The notes under the pieces: generated by a model
The model's input: the letters and a program-made list of their open reading frames with translations, nothing else
Told to the model about the DNA's origin: nothing
Database searches by the model: none
Program-made: the position numbers and the translations under genes
DNA from: Octopus sinensis
Taxonomy: Eukaryota
Direction: 5' to 3'
NCBI RefSeq assembly: GCF_006345805.1
Contig: NC_043005.1
Coordinates: 60,326,001 to 60,390,000 of the forward strand
DNA length: 64,000 bases
Shown here: piece by piece, positions 24,553 through 38,069 of the stretch
Numbering within the stretch: the stretch's first letter is position 1
Layout of the letters: every line of letters begins with the position of its first letter

Positions 24553-27500
24553 TCATTTATCATCCCCCTTAATCTTTGATTGTAGTTTTTTTTCTTATTT
24601 TCTCACTGTTATTCAATACTAGCGTTTAGTAGAAGAATCGCAGTAATTTTACTGGCCCCGATAGTTTGTTTCCGTTTTGCTTTTAATCTACTAATCGCAT
24701 CAACATTTTCGGAAGACATCTCATTCCTTCGCAGTCATTAGTATCAATAAATGAATTTAACAAAAGTATTTCTTTGTTTATGATACTGTAGTACTTGGTT
24801 TGATAAAGATTTGCTAACTTTGCTAATTGTAGTTAACGCGTTAACTCAAATTTTTTGTTAATTTGCAAAACCTCCAAATTATTGCAGAAATTTCTAGTTC
24901 TTCTAAGAATATTAGCTGGTGAACAGAGTATGACGATAAGGTAAGGCATGGTCCTAAATGCTAAACTATACATTAGATTCACTGTGTGTATTCTAATTTA
25001 AAATGTCAGTGCTACTTTTCTCCAACACCTAGAAACACAGAACCTGCAAATATACAACCTACCAAATAACTGGATAGATATTTTTACCAAGACACCACCA
25101 ATGTAACGTAATTTTTTTCAAGACTACCATATAATAATTTCCTGTAAACACATAATAGTAAAAGTTTCTAAACATAATTTCAGAGATATATAAAATAGAA
25201 CCAGGGCGCAATATATATTCTTTGTATTTTACATTAATCTGTCTTTAGTTAAAATGTTTGACAAAAAAAATGTGTTTTTCGGGGAATCGTTTAGAATGTA
25301 ACTACAAACATCGTTCGTTTATTCTGTTTATAATTCAATTGTCTCGTTTACGATATTGTGTAGTGTAACATATTTTATTTAATAAGGAAATTAATTTTCT
25401 AACAATCTAGATATCAAAATTGCTTGAAGCTTTAGAGTAAATTCGACAAAATAAAAGAAGTATAAATGTTGGAAATGTTCACAAAAGAAATCTTATACAA
25501 AACCAAATCTGCATTATCTAATTAGGACTTATATCAATAGAATTAACTGCTCAATTTGAATTCAACATGTAGACATATGGAAATCGATATATTCTATAAT
25601 TATTTTACATAGAAAAGTAGGAATTTGAATATTGTTAATTCCTAACGACATATCACAATATGTTGCATATTTTAATATTTTAATCATGCGAAATTTGCAC
25701 TTCAACAGTAGAGGAATGCAAGAACATGTACGTGTTAAATAAAGAAAAGCCATATTTTCGGTATATACTAAAATCTTTTGCGCTCTAATTTTAAACATTG
25801 CGGAGGTTAAGTTTCCATTTCTTGCTTCCTTAAAAATTAAAATGACTACTAGTGGGAAACTAGAGTCATTTCAGTCTAATGAGGTTTCTTACCTACAAAT
25901 TAGTGGTTTTATATAAATGCATCACATTGCCAACAGTTTCCTCCTAAACCAGTGAAAATAAAGAACAGCAGACTCCAAACCCTACAAACATAAACTTCAT
26001 GGTTATCAGGACATGTCAGTACTTACTAAAGACAGACCTATGACTGAAGATTCCAACCATGACAATTCTGTATATTTTCAAGTAGAATAAGCCTTGGACC
26101 ATATTCTCCAAAGCATCATGTTTTAAATACGATAAGGTGTTCAAAAAAGATATTAATTATCTGCTGTATTTAGTAGCATTATTGACCATACAAAGTCTCT
26201 CTGTCTCATTTGTAGACCTCGTCTAGTAAGACCTGGGCGCTACATTCTTCGATATCAGTAATGTAGTGAGGTTAATTCCCTTGATCATCCCAAATCTATG
26301 TATTATTTGAGTTATGTGAAAATTAATAATAATTATACTGTGCGGAGGGGTAAAGACGCAGAAATATCGTAACTCTGAAACTTTCCTGGTATAATATTTC
26401 ATCGCGTTTAACAGTTTCCTTTACTTTCATATTGTATTTTACGTAATATGGTGCTATCGATGACATGTTTTCAAGGGGTTAGCTACCGACACACTGCATT
26501 TCTGAAACTTACCATTATCTGTGTATATCGGTGTGATTTTACTCAAAGGTTCTCTCAGCGACGTTTGCATTTTTCAGTAATAGACAACGATAAAAGGAGC
26601 ACATATCACGCACACACACATAGACATATTTGACTAAAAATGCATTGATTAACAGAAGACGATATTTGACTAAATTTTCGTGCTGTAGTAACGCACATCA
26701 AACCGTAGGACTGTGGAACAAACTTTATCGCTAACGAGATATCTTTTTGCACAGAAATATTCTGTCAAGGATGACAGCGAAAATTCCATGGTTGATGAAA
26801 TGTATAGCACCTATGTATTCGCAATAAACCAAATCAATCAAACCAGTCCATAAATTAGGCATGGTCTTTTGCCACCGAAAGCAATCAGTTATAACGTTAA
26901 CCATAAAGAGTGAAATGGGGAGTATTTTATATTACCAGATTAAACACCCTGACCACGCGGTATTTAATTATGACCTTTTTCATTATGGGAATATCTTGAC
27001 AGTCAGTTTCAGCAGGTGTGTGTATGGTTCTATATAATAATTCTGAGATCAAACCGAAATACTATCACCTTTCACAACACATTTGAGGTTCAGTGCAACA
27101 AAGAGAATCAATATTTAAATTATCTGGCGGCATACACTGTAGATCAAGAAGGAAGATCACAACGGAATAGACAGCAATGTAACGTAATAATCGATACCAG
27201 TCAATTTCCTTTTCACTCACTTTCACTCACTGATCTTCGTCATATCATATACATACAATATTCGAACTGTACCTAGTATGTATGATATGGCATCTTGGTT
27301 CATTCGAAATAAATTTACATTAATTTGGTTTGCTTGTTAGAGTAGGGCTTAAGCAACCAGTGAGCTGATAATCAGATTTAATTTCTCTATACTTGAGGGG
27401 ATTATAATTCATCGATATTACTCTCTGTTATTTCGATTGTCTCAACAGGTAATTGAACAATACACTCTTTTATTTTCGTCCACCATATCTTTGTTTGATA

Positions 27501-27903
27501 TTTAGTTATTATCAGTATAAAAATTTCTGTAGTTTTGTAATATGATTGTGCCCTTTTGTTCTTATGCATTCACGAGGAAAAGCAGTCTCCTGCGGAAAAA
27601 CGCCATCACAAGCGCTATGGCTCTCACATCAACAAGGCACAAGTAAATGAATAAATGCTTTATTGCACAATTGCATTTATAATCCGGGCACTAAGGGAAC
27701 ATTGAACAGACATCATAAATATGAGTTTTTCCTACTCAGTTTATCAACATCACATTTAATGAATGTATTTATCTCATCTGCACTATCGTCCACATGATTG
27801 TGAATCATCATCTTTCTATTTTACTATGTTTTCAGAGATAAGTTTGATATAACTATATTACGAGTACCCCAAATAGTATGAATTATCAAAAGGTATTTTT
27901 AGC

Positions 27904-27905
<2 letters not shown>

Positions 27906-27964
<59 letters not shown>

Positions 27965-28090
27965 TGATGATGATGATCATGATGATCATGATGATCATGA
28001 TCATCATGATCATGATGATGATGATCATGTTGATGGTGATGATGATAATTATGATGATGATGATGATTATGATTATGATAATTATAATAA
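27906..28090. repeat. (AAT)n grading into (GAT)n/(CATGAT)n microsatellite
   Basis: Seen directly. Confidence 0.9.
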
Positions 28091-28094
28091 TAAA

Positions 28095-28648
28095 ATGCCC
28101 TGATTCAGTACCAGGCAGTGAATTTCATGGCTTCTCTTAACTGACTGGAAGTGCTATCATGTACATTGTTTTGTCTTGGTATAAAATATGGGATACAGCA
28201 AATATTCTGATAAATACACACAGATTTGCTCGTTAGTTGTTTGACCATAACCAGTTGAGCATGTCTCTTAGTGGCTGATGATATGCTCACCTCTAATCAC
28301 GAGCAGAAGTAGTGGGAGAGCATCATAGCCATGTGTTGAGAGGAATTCTTTGGAGTTTGAATAATTCACCTCTGAAAACATAGGTGTTTCTTTTAACATC
28401 CTTAAACAACCCTTATTCACTGACCTTTTGGGGTGGATGGGCTACTTGACCTGAAGAAATTTCTAACTGGACCCCACTTGCAAGATCATTCGCTGTTAAT
28501 CTTGATATGAGATCAACACCTCGCACACATATGGTTGTAATGCATGTGCCGGGTGTACCCTTATCTTACGGTTAGTCATGATGTTTATACTGGGCTTCGT
28601 ACATTTTACCCCAGTGTAACTTTGATTGCACGTACTGCTCTCTCACTC
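28095..28648 (+). mobile_element. ~550-bp non-coding interspersed repeat bracketed by (AAT)n
   Basis: GC-richer block with sharp (AAT)n borders on both sides; resembles an abundant octopus repeat from memory (not verified). Confidence 0.55.
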
Positions 28649-28869
28649 AATAATAATAATAATAATAATAATAATCGGATGGACGTGTTCTTCGCTGCCC
28701 TAACCTGCCAGTAGCTGAAGACACAGGAACACTAGTACAACCCAGCAGGACAACTCTCAAAACTGGACTACCTACAATTTCCCGTGAGAATTTTGAATTT
28801 TCCTCACAATAAGTTAAGAAATATACATTCCTACAGTTTTCGAACACATAGACGATCAGCTTTAAAATC

Positions 28870-29090
28870 TCTAATATCTACATCTTCTGTGAATACCTAT
28901 CCTTTCCTTTCTCCCTGAGTATTCAAAAATGTAAACATCCTCTCTATTCCAAGAACACTACAGTTTTTTCTATTCGGACAAACAGAATATCATCTCCAGT
29001 AAATTTTCAAACCTTAATATCTACAATTCTCTGTGAAAATTTTGCCTTTCTTTCCTTTCTCCCTGAGCATTCGAAAATGTAAATATTGTT
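28870..29090. repeat. Direct repeat pair downstream of the PLE (probable pseudo-LTR remnant)
   Basis: TAATATCTACA..CTGTGAA...TTTCCTTTCTCCCTGAG(T/C)ATTC(A/G)AAAATGTAAA near 28872-28937 and 29013-29083. Confidence 0.6.
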
Positions 29091-29104
29091 TTAATTGCAA
29101 TATT

Positions 29105-30300
29105 TATATTTAGCGAAGGTAAACTTACACATGTGCAGGCAGGCTGTGTTTCTCTCTGCCCTCAAGTTAAGTTATGGGTGTTGTGCCGCTAGTATGAAGA
29201 ATTTTTCATTGATGCAAAGGTAACATTTCTTATTTTTTACATTGTTCGAAAGTGCGAAGGCGTGGATTTTCCAGTCTAAAGCGAATCTAATATCTTTATC
29301 TTTAAGTTTCCAAATATATTTACTCAATCTGTTCGAATTAATCTTATTTCTATTTCCGAAAGAGTGTTGGTATGCGGCTAGTCTTGGCTATAAGGGTTCT
29401 TGTTTTTCTTCTTACTATTACTGGTGTTGTTATTGTTATTTCTATCTAAATAGAAAATTCTAGTTTTTTTATTATTATTTTGGGAGGGAATGATGCTGGC
29501 TAAGTTATGCGTGAGACTATAACCTATCTTTAATACTCTACTATTAATAAGATTCGAATACCTGCTATTCTTATCAAAGTGTTTATTTATAATGTCAAAT
29601 ATTAGCTTAGCTAAGTCGGTTTTTATTTGCATCGCATATAGATTGTGGAAGATTACTTTGATAGTTTATTTATTTTAAGTTAGATTTAGGTTTCATGTAA
29701 ATTGGTATAAATCTGTATTTAAATTGCAATTAATATCTAGGTAGTTGATAGAGTAATTTTCATTTTTTATAGTAATAGAAACCGAGTTTATTAAAACATT
29801 TATACAGGCATTTCTTAGGTAGTTCTAGGTCCCTATTAGAAGTGTTTCTAATTATAAAAAGTGCGTAATTCCTTTAGAGTATTAACCCCACCCAAAATTC
29901 AGGGAATTCCTTGTTGATGTTGTCTGATGTGTATATTCCCACAAGGTCCGTCACCTCTGCTTAGTCTGATGACCCCACTTATGGCATAGACTACTCGCCT
30001 CACCTTTTACTTACTGGTTTATTTACTTCTACCCCGATAACGGTCTTAGCTTGCTCTTGATTTTGAATTTAACTAACCAATTGTAGAGATGGCTGGAATT
30101 TAGTCAATTTCAATACGGACAACAGGTGGTTGGTCTTTAGAATATTTCAGTAAGTACACTATTATAACTACTTTACGGGCATGTTTTTGGATAAATATTA
30201 ATTAGCTCCATTTATTAAATCATAAATAGAGCTAATTCTAGAGTTACTGGCGAATTTTGTTTTACTTAAGTACTAGTTTTTTTTATTATTATTATTTATA
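29105..30300 (-). mobile_element. Decayed Penelope-like retroelement (RT plus GIY-YIG C-terminus)
   Basis: VGSSD*AEVTDLVGIY (matches the PLE MGSYDGAEVCELVGLY motif); KTDLAKLIFDIINKHF...KIGYSLTHNLASII; SKYIWKLKDKEI..LDWKI...CYLCINEKFFIL. Confidence 0.8.
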
Positions 30301-30838
30301 CAGCTTGGTACCCCAAAAGGCAATTAAACCACCAATTATTTTTCTAGGTTACTCATTTGCTCTTCCAATTCGAGCTTTACATTTCAAAATTGTATGATTC
30401 TAATTTATTAAACTTTTTTTCCTCATCCCGAGGCACAGTACTTTCCCCTTCCCTCTTCTCTTCTTTTATTTATGTATTTATATTCAATGCGAGGAATCTC
30501 CATGTACTAGATCGGATATGTTATAAAGATGACGAATATTATTCTAATAATTTTCTTCGGATGCACCGACCGATATTGGTTGTAAGTAATGTTAAAATTT
30601 TGAATTAAAAATACTTAACCAATGGTGGTCAATTTGTTGATCAAAAGTTTTCTCCACTTTCTGCATATTTTAAATTTGATTCCTGATAAAGTCTTGTTTA
30701 TTCTGTTATTACCTATATCCTATGAGCATAGTGTGCTTGCATATCCATGCCTAGGGTTAACATAGGTAATTTATACTAGTAGTAATAGCGAATATTCTTA
30801 TCCCTTAAACAGTTATTCCAACCGCTAACTCTAATTAT

Positions 30839-30875
<37 letters not shown>

Positions 30876-30891
30876 GAGAGAGAGAGAGAAG

Positions 30892-30929
<38 letters not shown>

Positions 30930-31211
30930 TAGATGCATACAATCACGTATATATATATGCTGCTCCGTTAAGGTAGGGTCAGCAAAAACATGCTATCGCG
31001 CGAGATGAATATCATTTAATACATAGTGTATTGACATATGTGCTAGTACCAGTTTCTTGCCATTAAGACACGCGTTTACGCAGCGTATATAACGTTCCTT
31101 GAGCGACAATTGCTGGAAAACAGAAGGCAGGCTATAAAAATCTGCCTAACCACGTTTCTTAATGACCAAAATGTATTAGTGACTCTTCTTTTGAGACAGT
31201 GTATTTTGATG

Positions 31212-31314
<103 letters not shown>

Positions 31315-34258
31315 TACTCTTATTCGAAATTGTCAGAATCTGATGAGGCAGCCCTTTTGTAATGACTTTGTAATCATTACTATCAATCCCTGCAGTAGTT
31401 GAAGCTCCCAGATTTTGGTATTGTTGAGATTTAGCTACTATTTCTAGTAACTCCAGGTTGCTTGTTTTCTCTTTAAATGTGAAACTTGTTGTTGCATATT
31501 CCTTCCAATTCTTGTTTTTCATGAAGTCTTATCATAAAAAGCTTTCCAGACGTGACAAACAGTCTTCCATCAACAATAATATTTAAGATGATCGAATGTG
31601 ATTTCAGGGTGGTTGAATAATAGCTTTTCTTTGCCGAGTGAACACGCGGATTCCATTAGATTTACATCGTAGTGTGTCATTAATGTAGTATGCTGGTATT
31701 TTCTCGTGATTGCATTAGTTTCGTATCAGAAAACTTTTGCTTTTAAACAAATTACTGAAAAAATAGGTATATATTTACTCCTCTCGAATTTGGTGTATTA
31801 TACGAATCAATCTTTAGAATATATGACTGGAAAGATTTTCTCTTTCAACTGCAACCACACAGAGTAAACGATCATGGCGTCACCAATAACTTATTTCAGC
31901 CTGGTATCTATCGTATATTTACGTTACGCTTAATAATACATCACTCCATTTACATTGGCTGTCTGTATCTATTGTATATTTACGTTACTCTTTATAATGC
32001 ATCACTACATTTACGTTGCAAGTCATAAATACAAATACTACAATAGAGAAAGATATACCCATGAACACACGATCATACCCATACAGACACGCACAAACGT
32101 ATGCTTCTATACGGAAGGCCGCTCACCATTTCAATCCTACTCCCAAATGGTTAAACTATAGTGTAATGCTGAAGTCGGTCGGCAAGTGTCGATAAGGCAG
32201 TGAAAATAACATTGAACCCGCAACTATTTTCCTCCATACTGAACGAATCGATCACATATCTCTGTAAACTATCATGTATCTTGGCATTTTAAAATGTCTC
32301 CGTGTATAGGAATTTAACAGCAAAATCATTGGCATCGAGACAATTATAAACAAGAAACAATATTTATTGATTAGAGCGTTAAAAAGTTAAATTAAATAAA
32401 CTATAATTAGTAATTTCTTCTATACTCGCATTAATGCCTTTATTACTGTGTGGCATTGTGTATTGTGTATTGGAGACTTAGAAACTTGTAATGTTATTTT
32501 AGTACACAATTTGTAATATGTCCAATTAGTTGTAATTTAGAATTATATATACCAGAGAATCTCTAGAGGTATATATTAAATTTTTAGAAATGTTTACGCG
32601 ACGAGATAATTGTCGTCGCTAAAAGAGAATTAACGTAAATAATTCATACCAGGAATTGATTTTGTTGAAGGAAAAATACTAAATAAGTAGTTTCGCTGAT
32701 AGACATAGTGTATTGACTATCAACTTAGTCTATCTATATTGTAATAATACAATTGTAGGTTTATGCAATACATTCGTTAGGATAAAATCTTGAATCACGT
32801 GTTTTCTGTTGTTACATTCCTAGACTTTGGAAACAGTACAGGTTCTGACAATTCCTGTTGCAGAAGTAGTTTTAAATTTTCGAATTGGCCCTGATCGCGC
32901 ATTCCTAAAGCACGTATGTAAATTGTGAAACTTCTGTTTATGACTTAAATACCTATTAATCTAGACACAAATACCTAATATCGAAGTGTATTATACTAGC
33001 AGGAGGTAAAGCAAAATTCAAAATACTCTTAGATAAATGAGTTACTGTGCGCGTTGTTTGTGGCAGGGTGGAAAAAGAATTTTCCGCTCCTCTACTGTTC
33101 ATTGTTGTATAAGAGGAACTTCAACTAATCATCAAAGCACATCGGAGCAATCTCGGTAACAGTAATCCACACCATTTTGTCGTTCAGGGTGCACGTATCT
33201 CTGCTGAGTAATATAATCTTGTGAGGCTATTCACTTGGGAGTTAAAGTATCTAAATCTGCGTTGTGCTTTAGTAACTATAATGTTTTGTGATGCAGTAGA
33301 TGTAATTTGTTATTTGCGTTGATCTATTGTGTAATATAACGACCATCTGTGAATACCAGCTTCATTTTATTGTTTGCATTAATTGTTAGTAGTTGTGAAG
33401 GGATTTATTGCATATGGTATATGGTCTGTAGCATATGGTATATTTTCTTTGTATCAGTGAAATGTGATCTCTACAAAATCTTTTATTATCTCTATGTACC
33501 TTTTTGCTTTTTCGTTTCATTTTCAATACGTAGAATGAATGTTTGAGACAATGCATAGTATTATGGAATCCTGCATTGTTTTTTATTATGCGTTTAATGT
33601 CATTTGTGTTAAATATAAATTCTATTTATTTTTCCTTGTGCATGCTAATCAGGAGGAAAATTGTAGAATTCATTGGCTGCTACTTTTCGTCTGTTTGGAA
33701 TGTGAATCATTTATAATCGATATATGTTTGTAGTTATTTCCCAGCTTTATATTACATGTGGTTTGAGTTAAATGTGATGCAATCTGCTTACTATGTTTCA
33801 TTGTAAGTGTGTGTCGCTAAACTGATTACGCAAATTATTTGTAGACTTGACAACATGAGAATAAATAGCCCAAGCTTTTGTTAGGTCTCTGAGATCAAAT
33901 AGCTGAAGATATCTTTTAGATACACACAGCTCATCATGTTAAAAAATATACTCACATATTTATATAGAGATGGGAGGGATTACCTCCCTTGCATATACTA
34001 TACGGGCACAAACTGTGTATCGGTAGCCAAATGGAAAAAGATGTTTTCCTGGGGCTAAATAACAGTAATATAGTCCATATGTAAACTGTCACATATACTT
34101 TATTATACACACACATATATATATATATATCTATATATATATATTAAAGTGATGTTCCAGCATGGTTGCAGTCTCATGACTGAAACAAGGGGCGTATATA
34201 TATGTATATATATATATATATATTATACATATATGTATGCTTGTATACACACACACAC

Positions 34259-34312
<54 letters not shown>

Positions 34313-34730
34313 AGGCGGAAGTGTGGTTGTGTAGTACGAAGATTATTTTTCAGCCAGATGGTTCCAGGTTCAGTCCCACTGCGTGGCATCTTAGGCACGT
34401 TTCTTCTACTATATCATCGGGCCGATCAAACCCTTGTGAGTGAATTTCGTCTAGGGAATCGGAAAGAACCCTGTCGTATATGAATATGTATACACACATA
34501 TATATGTGTGTTTCTGTGAGTGTACATGTGTGCGTATATGTGGGTCATTTTGACTTAGTACTATACGCGAGTACTCCCTTGACAACCAGTATCGGTGTGC
34601 TCAAGTCCACGTATCATAGCGGTTCGTCAAAACAGCCCGATAGAATAAGTATCAGGCTTAATATAATGTAAGCACTGGTACGGTTCATTGAACTTAAATT
34701 TCTTCAAGGTGCTGAAACAAATAAATGGTA
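34313..34730 (+). mobile_element. SINE family A, diverged copy
   Basis: GGTTCCAGGTTCAGTCCCACTGCGTGGCATCTT...TAGCGGTTCGTCAAAA..CGATAGAATAAGTA. Confidence 0.8.
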
Positions 34731-34985
34731 CAAAACACACACACATCGTAGATATATTTGCACACTCTTTTATATGGCGGTATACATACAGCGTTTGTGA
34801 AATTCTGGGATATGTTTCTATGTTTTTCTTTTTGCGTCAAAGGTCAATTGCTCTGGTTGGGTGCACACATCTTGTCAATTTTTATGGACATTTGCTATCT
34901 TTTGTGTGTTTCTTCATCTCTTATTCTCTTCCTGTGTTCAATATGAAGATTGAAGGTTTTAACGAGTGGTTTTCTGAACAAGGCC

Positions 34986-35029
34986 AGTAGTAGTAGTAGT
35001 AGTAGTAGCAGTAGTAGTAGTAGTAGTTT

Positions 35030-35060
<31 letters not shown>

Positions 35061-35141
35061 TGTTGTGTTTTAGTAGTAGTAGTAGTAGTAGCAGCAGGAG
35101 CTGCAGCAGTAATAGAAGTAGTAGTAGTTGTTGTTGTTTTA

Positions 35142-35183
<42 letters not shown>

Positions 35184-35341
35184 CAGCAGGAGTAGCAGCA
35201 GTAATAGTAGTAGTAGTAGTAGTAGTAGTAGCAGCAGGAGTAGCAGCAGTAATAGTAGTAGTAGTAGTAATAGTAGTAGTAGTAGTAGTAGTTGTAGTGG
35301 TAGTAGCAATAGCTGCAGCTGATGTCGTCGTCGTCGTTGTT

Positions 35342-35410
<69 letters not shown>
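34986..35410. repeat. (AGT)n/(AGC)n trinucleotide array
   Basis: Seen directly; produces the poly-S/V/T/L ORFs at 34950-35629. Confidence 0.95.
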
Positions 35411-36427
35411 ACTGCGACAGTGACAGCATCACGTGCAGCTGTAGAAGTAGTCAACTCAGTCCATGTGGTTGACTGTGTTTTAGTTAAATCTATGGCTTTA
35501 AGTCTCTCCAGAGTTGCCTCTCTTCGGTATTTACCATTGATAATGACTAAAGCACTAGAAACACGCCTGGATATCAACCAGGTGGCACAACACCGGACAG
35601 ATATGATGTTTTTACAAAGTCTACCATGAGGGAGACGTTTTCACCTATGGTAACTGTAGTGAATTTGCGATAAGAATTTGAAATATGTCGTAAGCATATT
35701 TTGAATAACCCAAATCCCGCTTGTATATATATAGTAGAAGCGCATCAGTCTATGATATAGCAGTAAAGGAGATATATATGTGTATAGTCACATCCAACAC
35801 GTTCTTGTGCAGTCAGGTGTGAGATTATATTCCATTATAGAAGTAGTCACTTGAGAAATGTTTTCACACACATTGTCACTCATGATACTTTCCTCGGGAG
35901 ACTATTTCAGTAGCAAATGTACTTCTCACGCCCAGATGTATAGGAATGAGTTAAATTTGATTATACATATCTATATTATGTTTTTCATCGCTATTTCATT
36001 CGGCTCCTTTTAATAAATCCAAGTTTGATCAAACTGTGCGCACATCCACAACTGATCAACCGCAACTAGACTTTTATTAGCGATCGAGCGATCCAGTAGC
36101 GGGTGAAGCATAGCAAGGTAAAAATACAAATGCTCTACTGACCCTAACATTTTTACATAAATAATGTTTAAGAAGAGAATGTATTCATGAAACTATCTCA
36201 GCAGCGAAAAATTACCCACGTCTAAGTGTACACTAATGTATTGAATACCATTTGACACACCCAAAGACACACATACATTTGCGTGTGGGTGTGTGGGTGT
36301 GTTTGTGTCTGTGTGTGTGAAGGGAGAGATTGATTGACGGGAAGAAATATATATATGTATATGTATATGCCATGATAGATCGTTAGCTCCTACACGCATT
36401 TTTTCTCTCCTTGTTTTCTTCTTTGTA

Positions 36428-36465
36428 TCTTTCTGTCGAAGAGCGTAGGCTCGAAAAGTAAAATA
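36428..36465 (+). ncRNA. Very small hammerhead-like motif with variant core CUGUCGA
   Basis: TCTTT-CTGTCGA-A-GAG-CGTAGG-CTC-GAAA-A-GTA-AAATA; 3-bp stem II; lies in a T-rich ~180-bp repeat ending at (TA)n 36562. Confidence 0.45.
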
Positions 36466-36560
36466 CTCTTTCTATTTCTATTCCTGAGCGCTATACTAAT
36501 ACATTTGTTTGTTTGTACTTCACTTGCCTTCCTCTTTTGTTTATTTTCGTAAACCTTCCC

Positions 36561-36730
<170 letters not shown>

Positions 36731-37519
36731 TAAATAAGCTTCAATATTATACTCATCACATGATTTATCTCAGAATTTATTGAATTATTTTTGTACGCCT
36801 GAAAATTATTATGTAATGAAATCACTCACGGATCCAAAATAAGAAATTGCGCGTGTTTGCAAAATGAAATTTCCTTTTCCTTATTGAAAATGACTTTAAG
36901 GATAACAACTGGCTAATTTAGCAAAGAAAATTGTATAAAATTCATTTCTAAACATTCACTCATCTTAATATAATCAAAATTAAAAATTCATTAGCATTAA
37001 TAATTATTGATAGGAGTTTCAGGCGTTTATTATTATCTTTATTTTTTGTTGTTGTTGTTGTTGTTGTTGGTTCGCGGCCATGAACTAAACGATCAATTAA
37101 GAACATGCAAATTAATGATTTCTAATTAGACTCGTAGCAAACTGGCGAAAGCCGAAAACAGGGAAGTCAAATGAAATTTCACCCCTACCACTACTGTTAT
37201 GATTTATAGATCTTCGTAAAGTAGGAAAGGCAACATTGATTCTGTCAAGGTTGACGTTCTAACTAGGATGTAAATAGCAATAAAATATTACAATGCAAAT
37301 TGTGAAATGTTCTGACATCTCAGAAAATTGCACCACTTAATTAGTGTTAATATGAAGAAAATCGATGTTACCTGAAAGGTTAGAGAAATTACAAGAAACC
37401 CTTATAATAGGATTTTTTGTTTGTTTGTTAATTAATAGTTTCATTCACTAACGATGACTATGCTCAATTCAATCCCTCACGACGGATACCTCGTTCAAGG
37501 CTGTCCCATTGCTTATATC

Positions 37520-37675
37520 TCATCCATTTTGCTTCAGTTTGCATAAACCGTTAAACCTTGCCTTTCATCCTTTCAATGTTGATAAAATAAATACCAGTTG
37601 AACACTGAGATCGATGTAATCTACTTATCCCCTCACCCGAACTTTCTGGTTTTGTACTAAAATTTGAAGCCAATA
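37520..37675 (+). mobile_element. SINE fragment (family C)
   Basis: TTGCCTTTCATCCTTTC..GATAAAATAAATACCAG..GATCGATGTAAT; related decayed copies near 40620-40790 (minus) and 41200-41330. Confidence 0.5.
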
Positions 37676-37705
37676 TGCATATATGCATATATACATATAT
37701 ATATT

Positions 37706-37975
37706 TGTTGTGTGGACGCCCCCAGACGATGAAGTAGGTTAGCCCAATATGTATAGTGGGAGAAGCCTAGACGTCAGAGTTCAGACTAGAAGAGAGTAGA
37801 GTAGCGGTCAAAGTAGCAGTCGGAGGAGTAGAAGGTATCCGAACGTGCGACATAACAATATTGTTATATTTCGAGGTGGCCATTTTTTGGCCAAATAAAC
37901 ACACGCGTTCTTTATCTCACATTTATTATTTCTGTTAGTTTATAGCCCTTTGTCTGAAAATCTTTCGTTATAACA
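37706..37975 (+). mobile_element. Possible solo LTR (~270 bp)
   Basis: Begins TGTTGT, ends ATAACA (imperfect TIR, TG...CA), contains AATAAA near 37895, GC-richer than flanks; TSD does not match. Confidence 0.3.
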
Positions 37976-38069
37976 CATCTTGTGACCTCTTCAACAACTC
38001 CCCATTTCACGTTGTGTGGGTGTCTTTTCCTGTTCTGTTTAGTTCATTCTTATGTATATAAACTTAGAT

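Noticed and set aside
27570-27655. Exon-like stretch HEEKQSPAEKRHHKRYGSHINKAQ ending at GTAAAT
   Set aside because: No acceptor or start codon in frame before an upstream stop
28270-28320. CTGATGA followed by a TGCTC/GAGCA stem
   Set aside because: GAAG instead of GAAA and no stem I, stem III or NUH arrangement
29966-29975. CTGATGA on the plus strand
   Set aside because: Antisense of the PLE RT coding motif; no hammerhead stems
34950-35629. Long poly-Ser/Val/Thr/Leu ORFs (up to 189 aa)
   Set aside because: Translations of an (AGT)n/(AGC)n array; open in several frames on both strands
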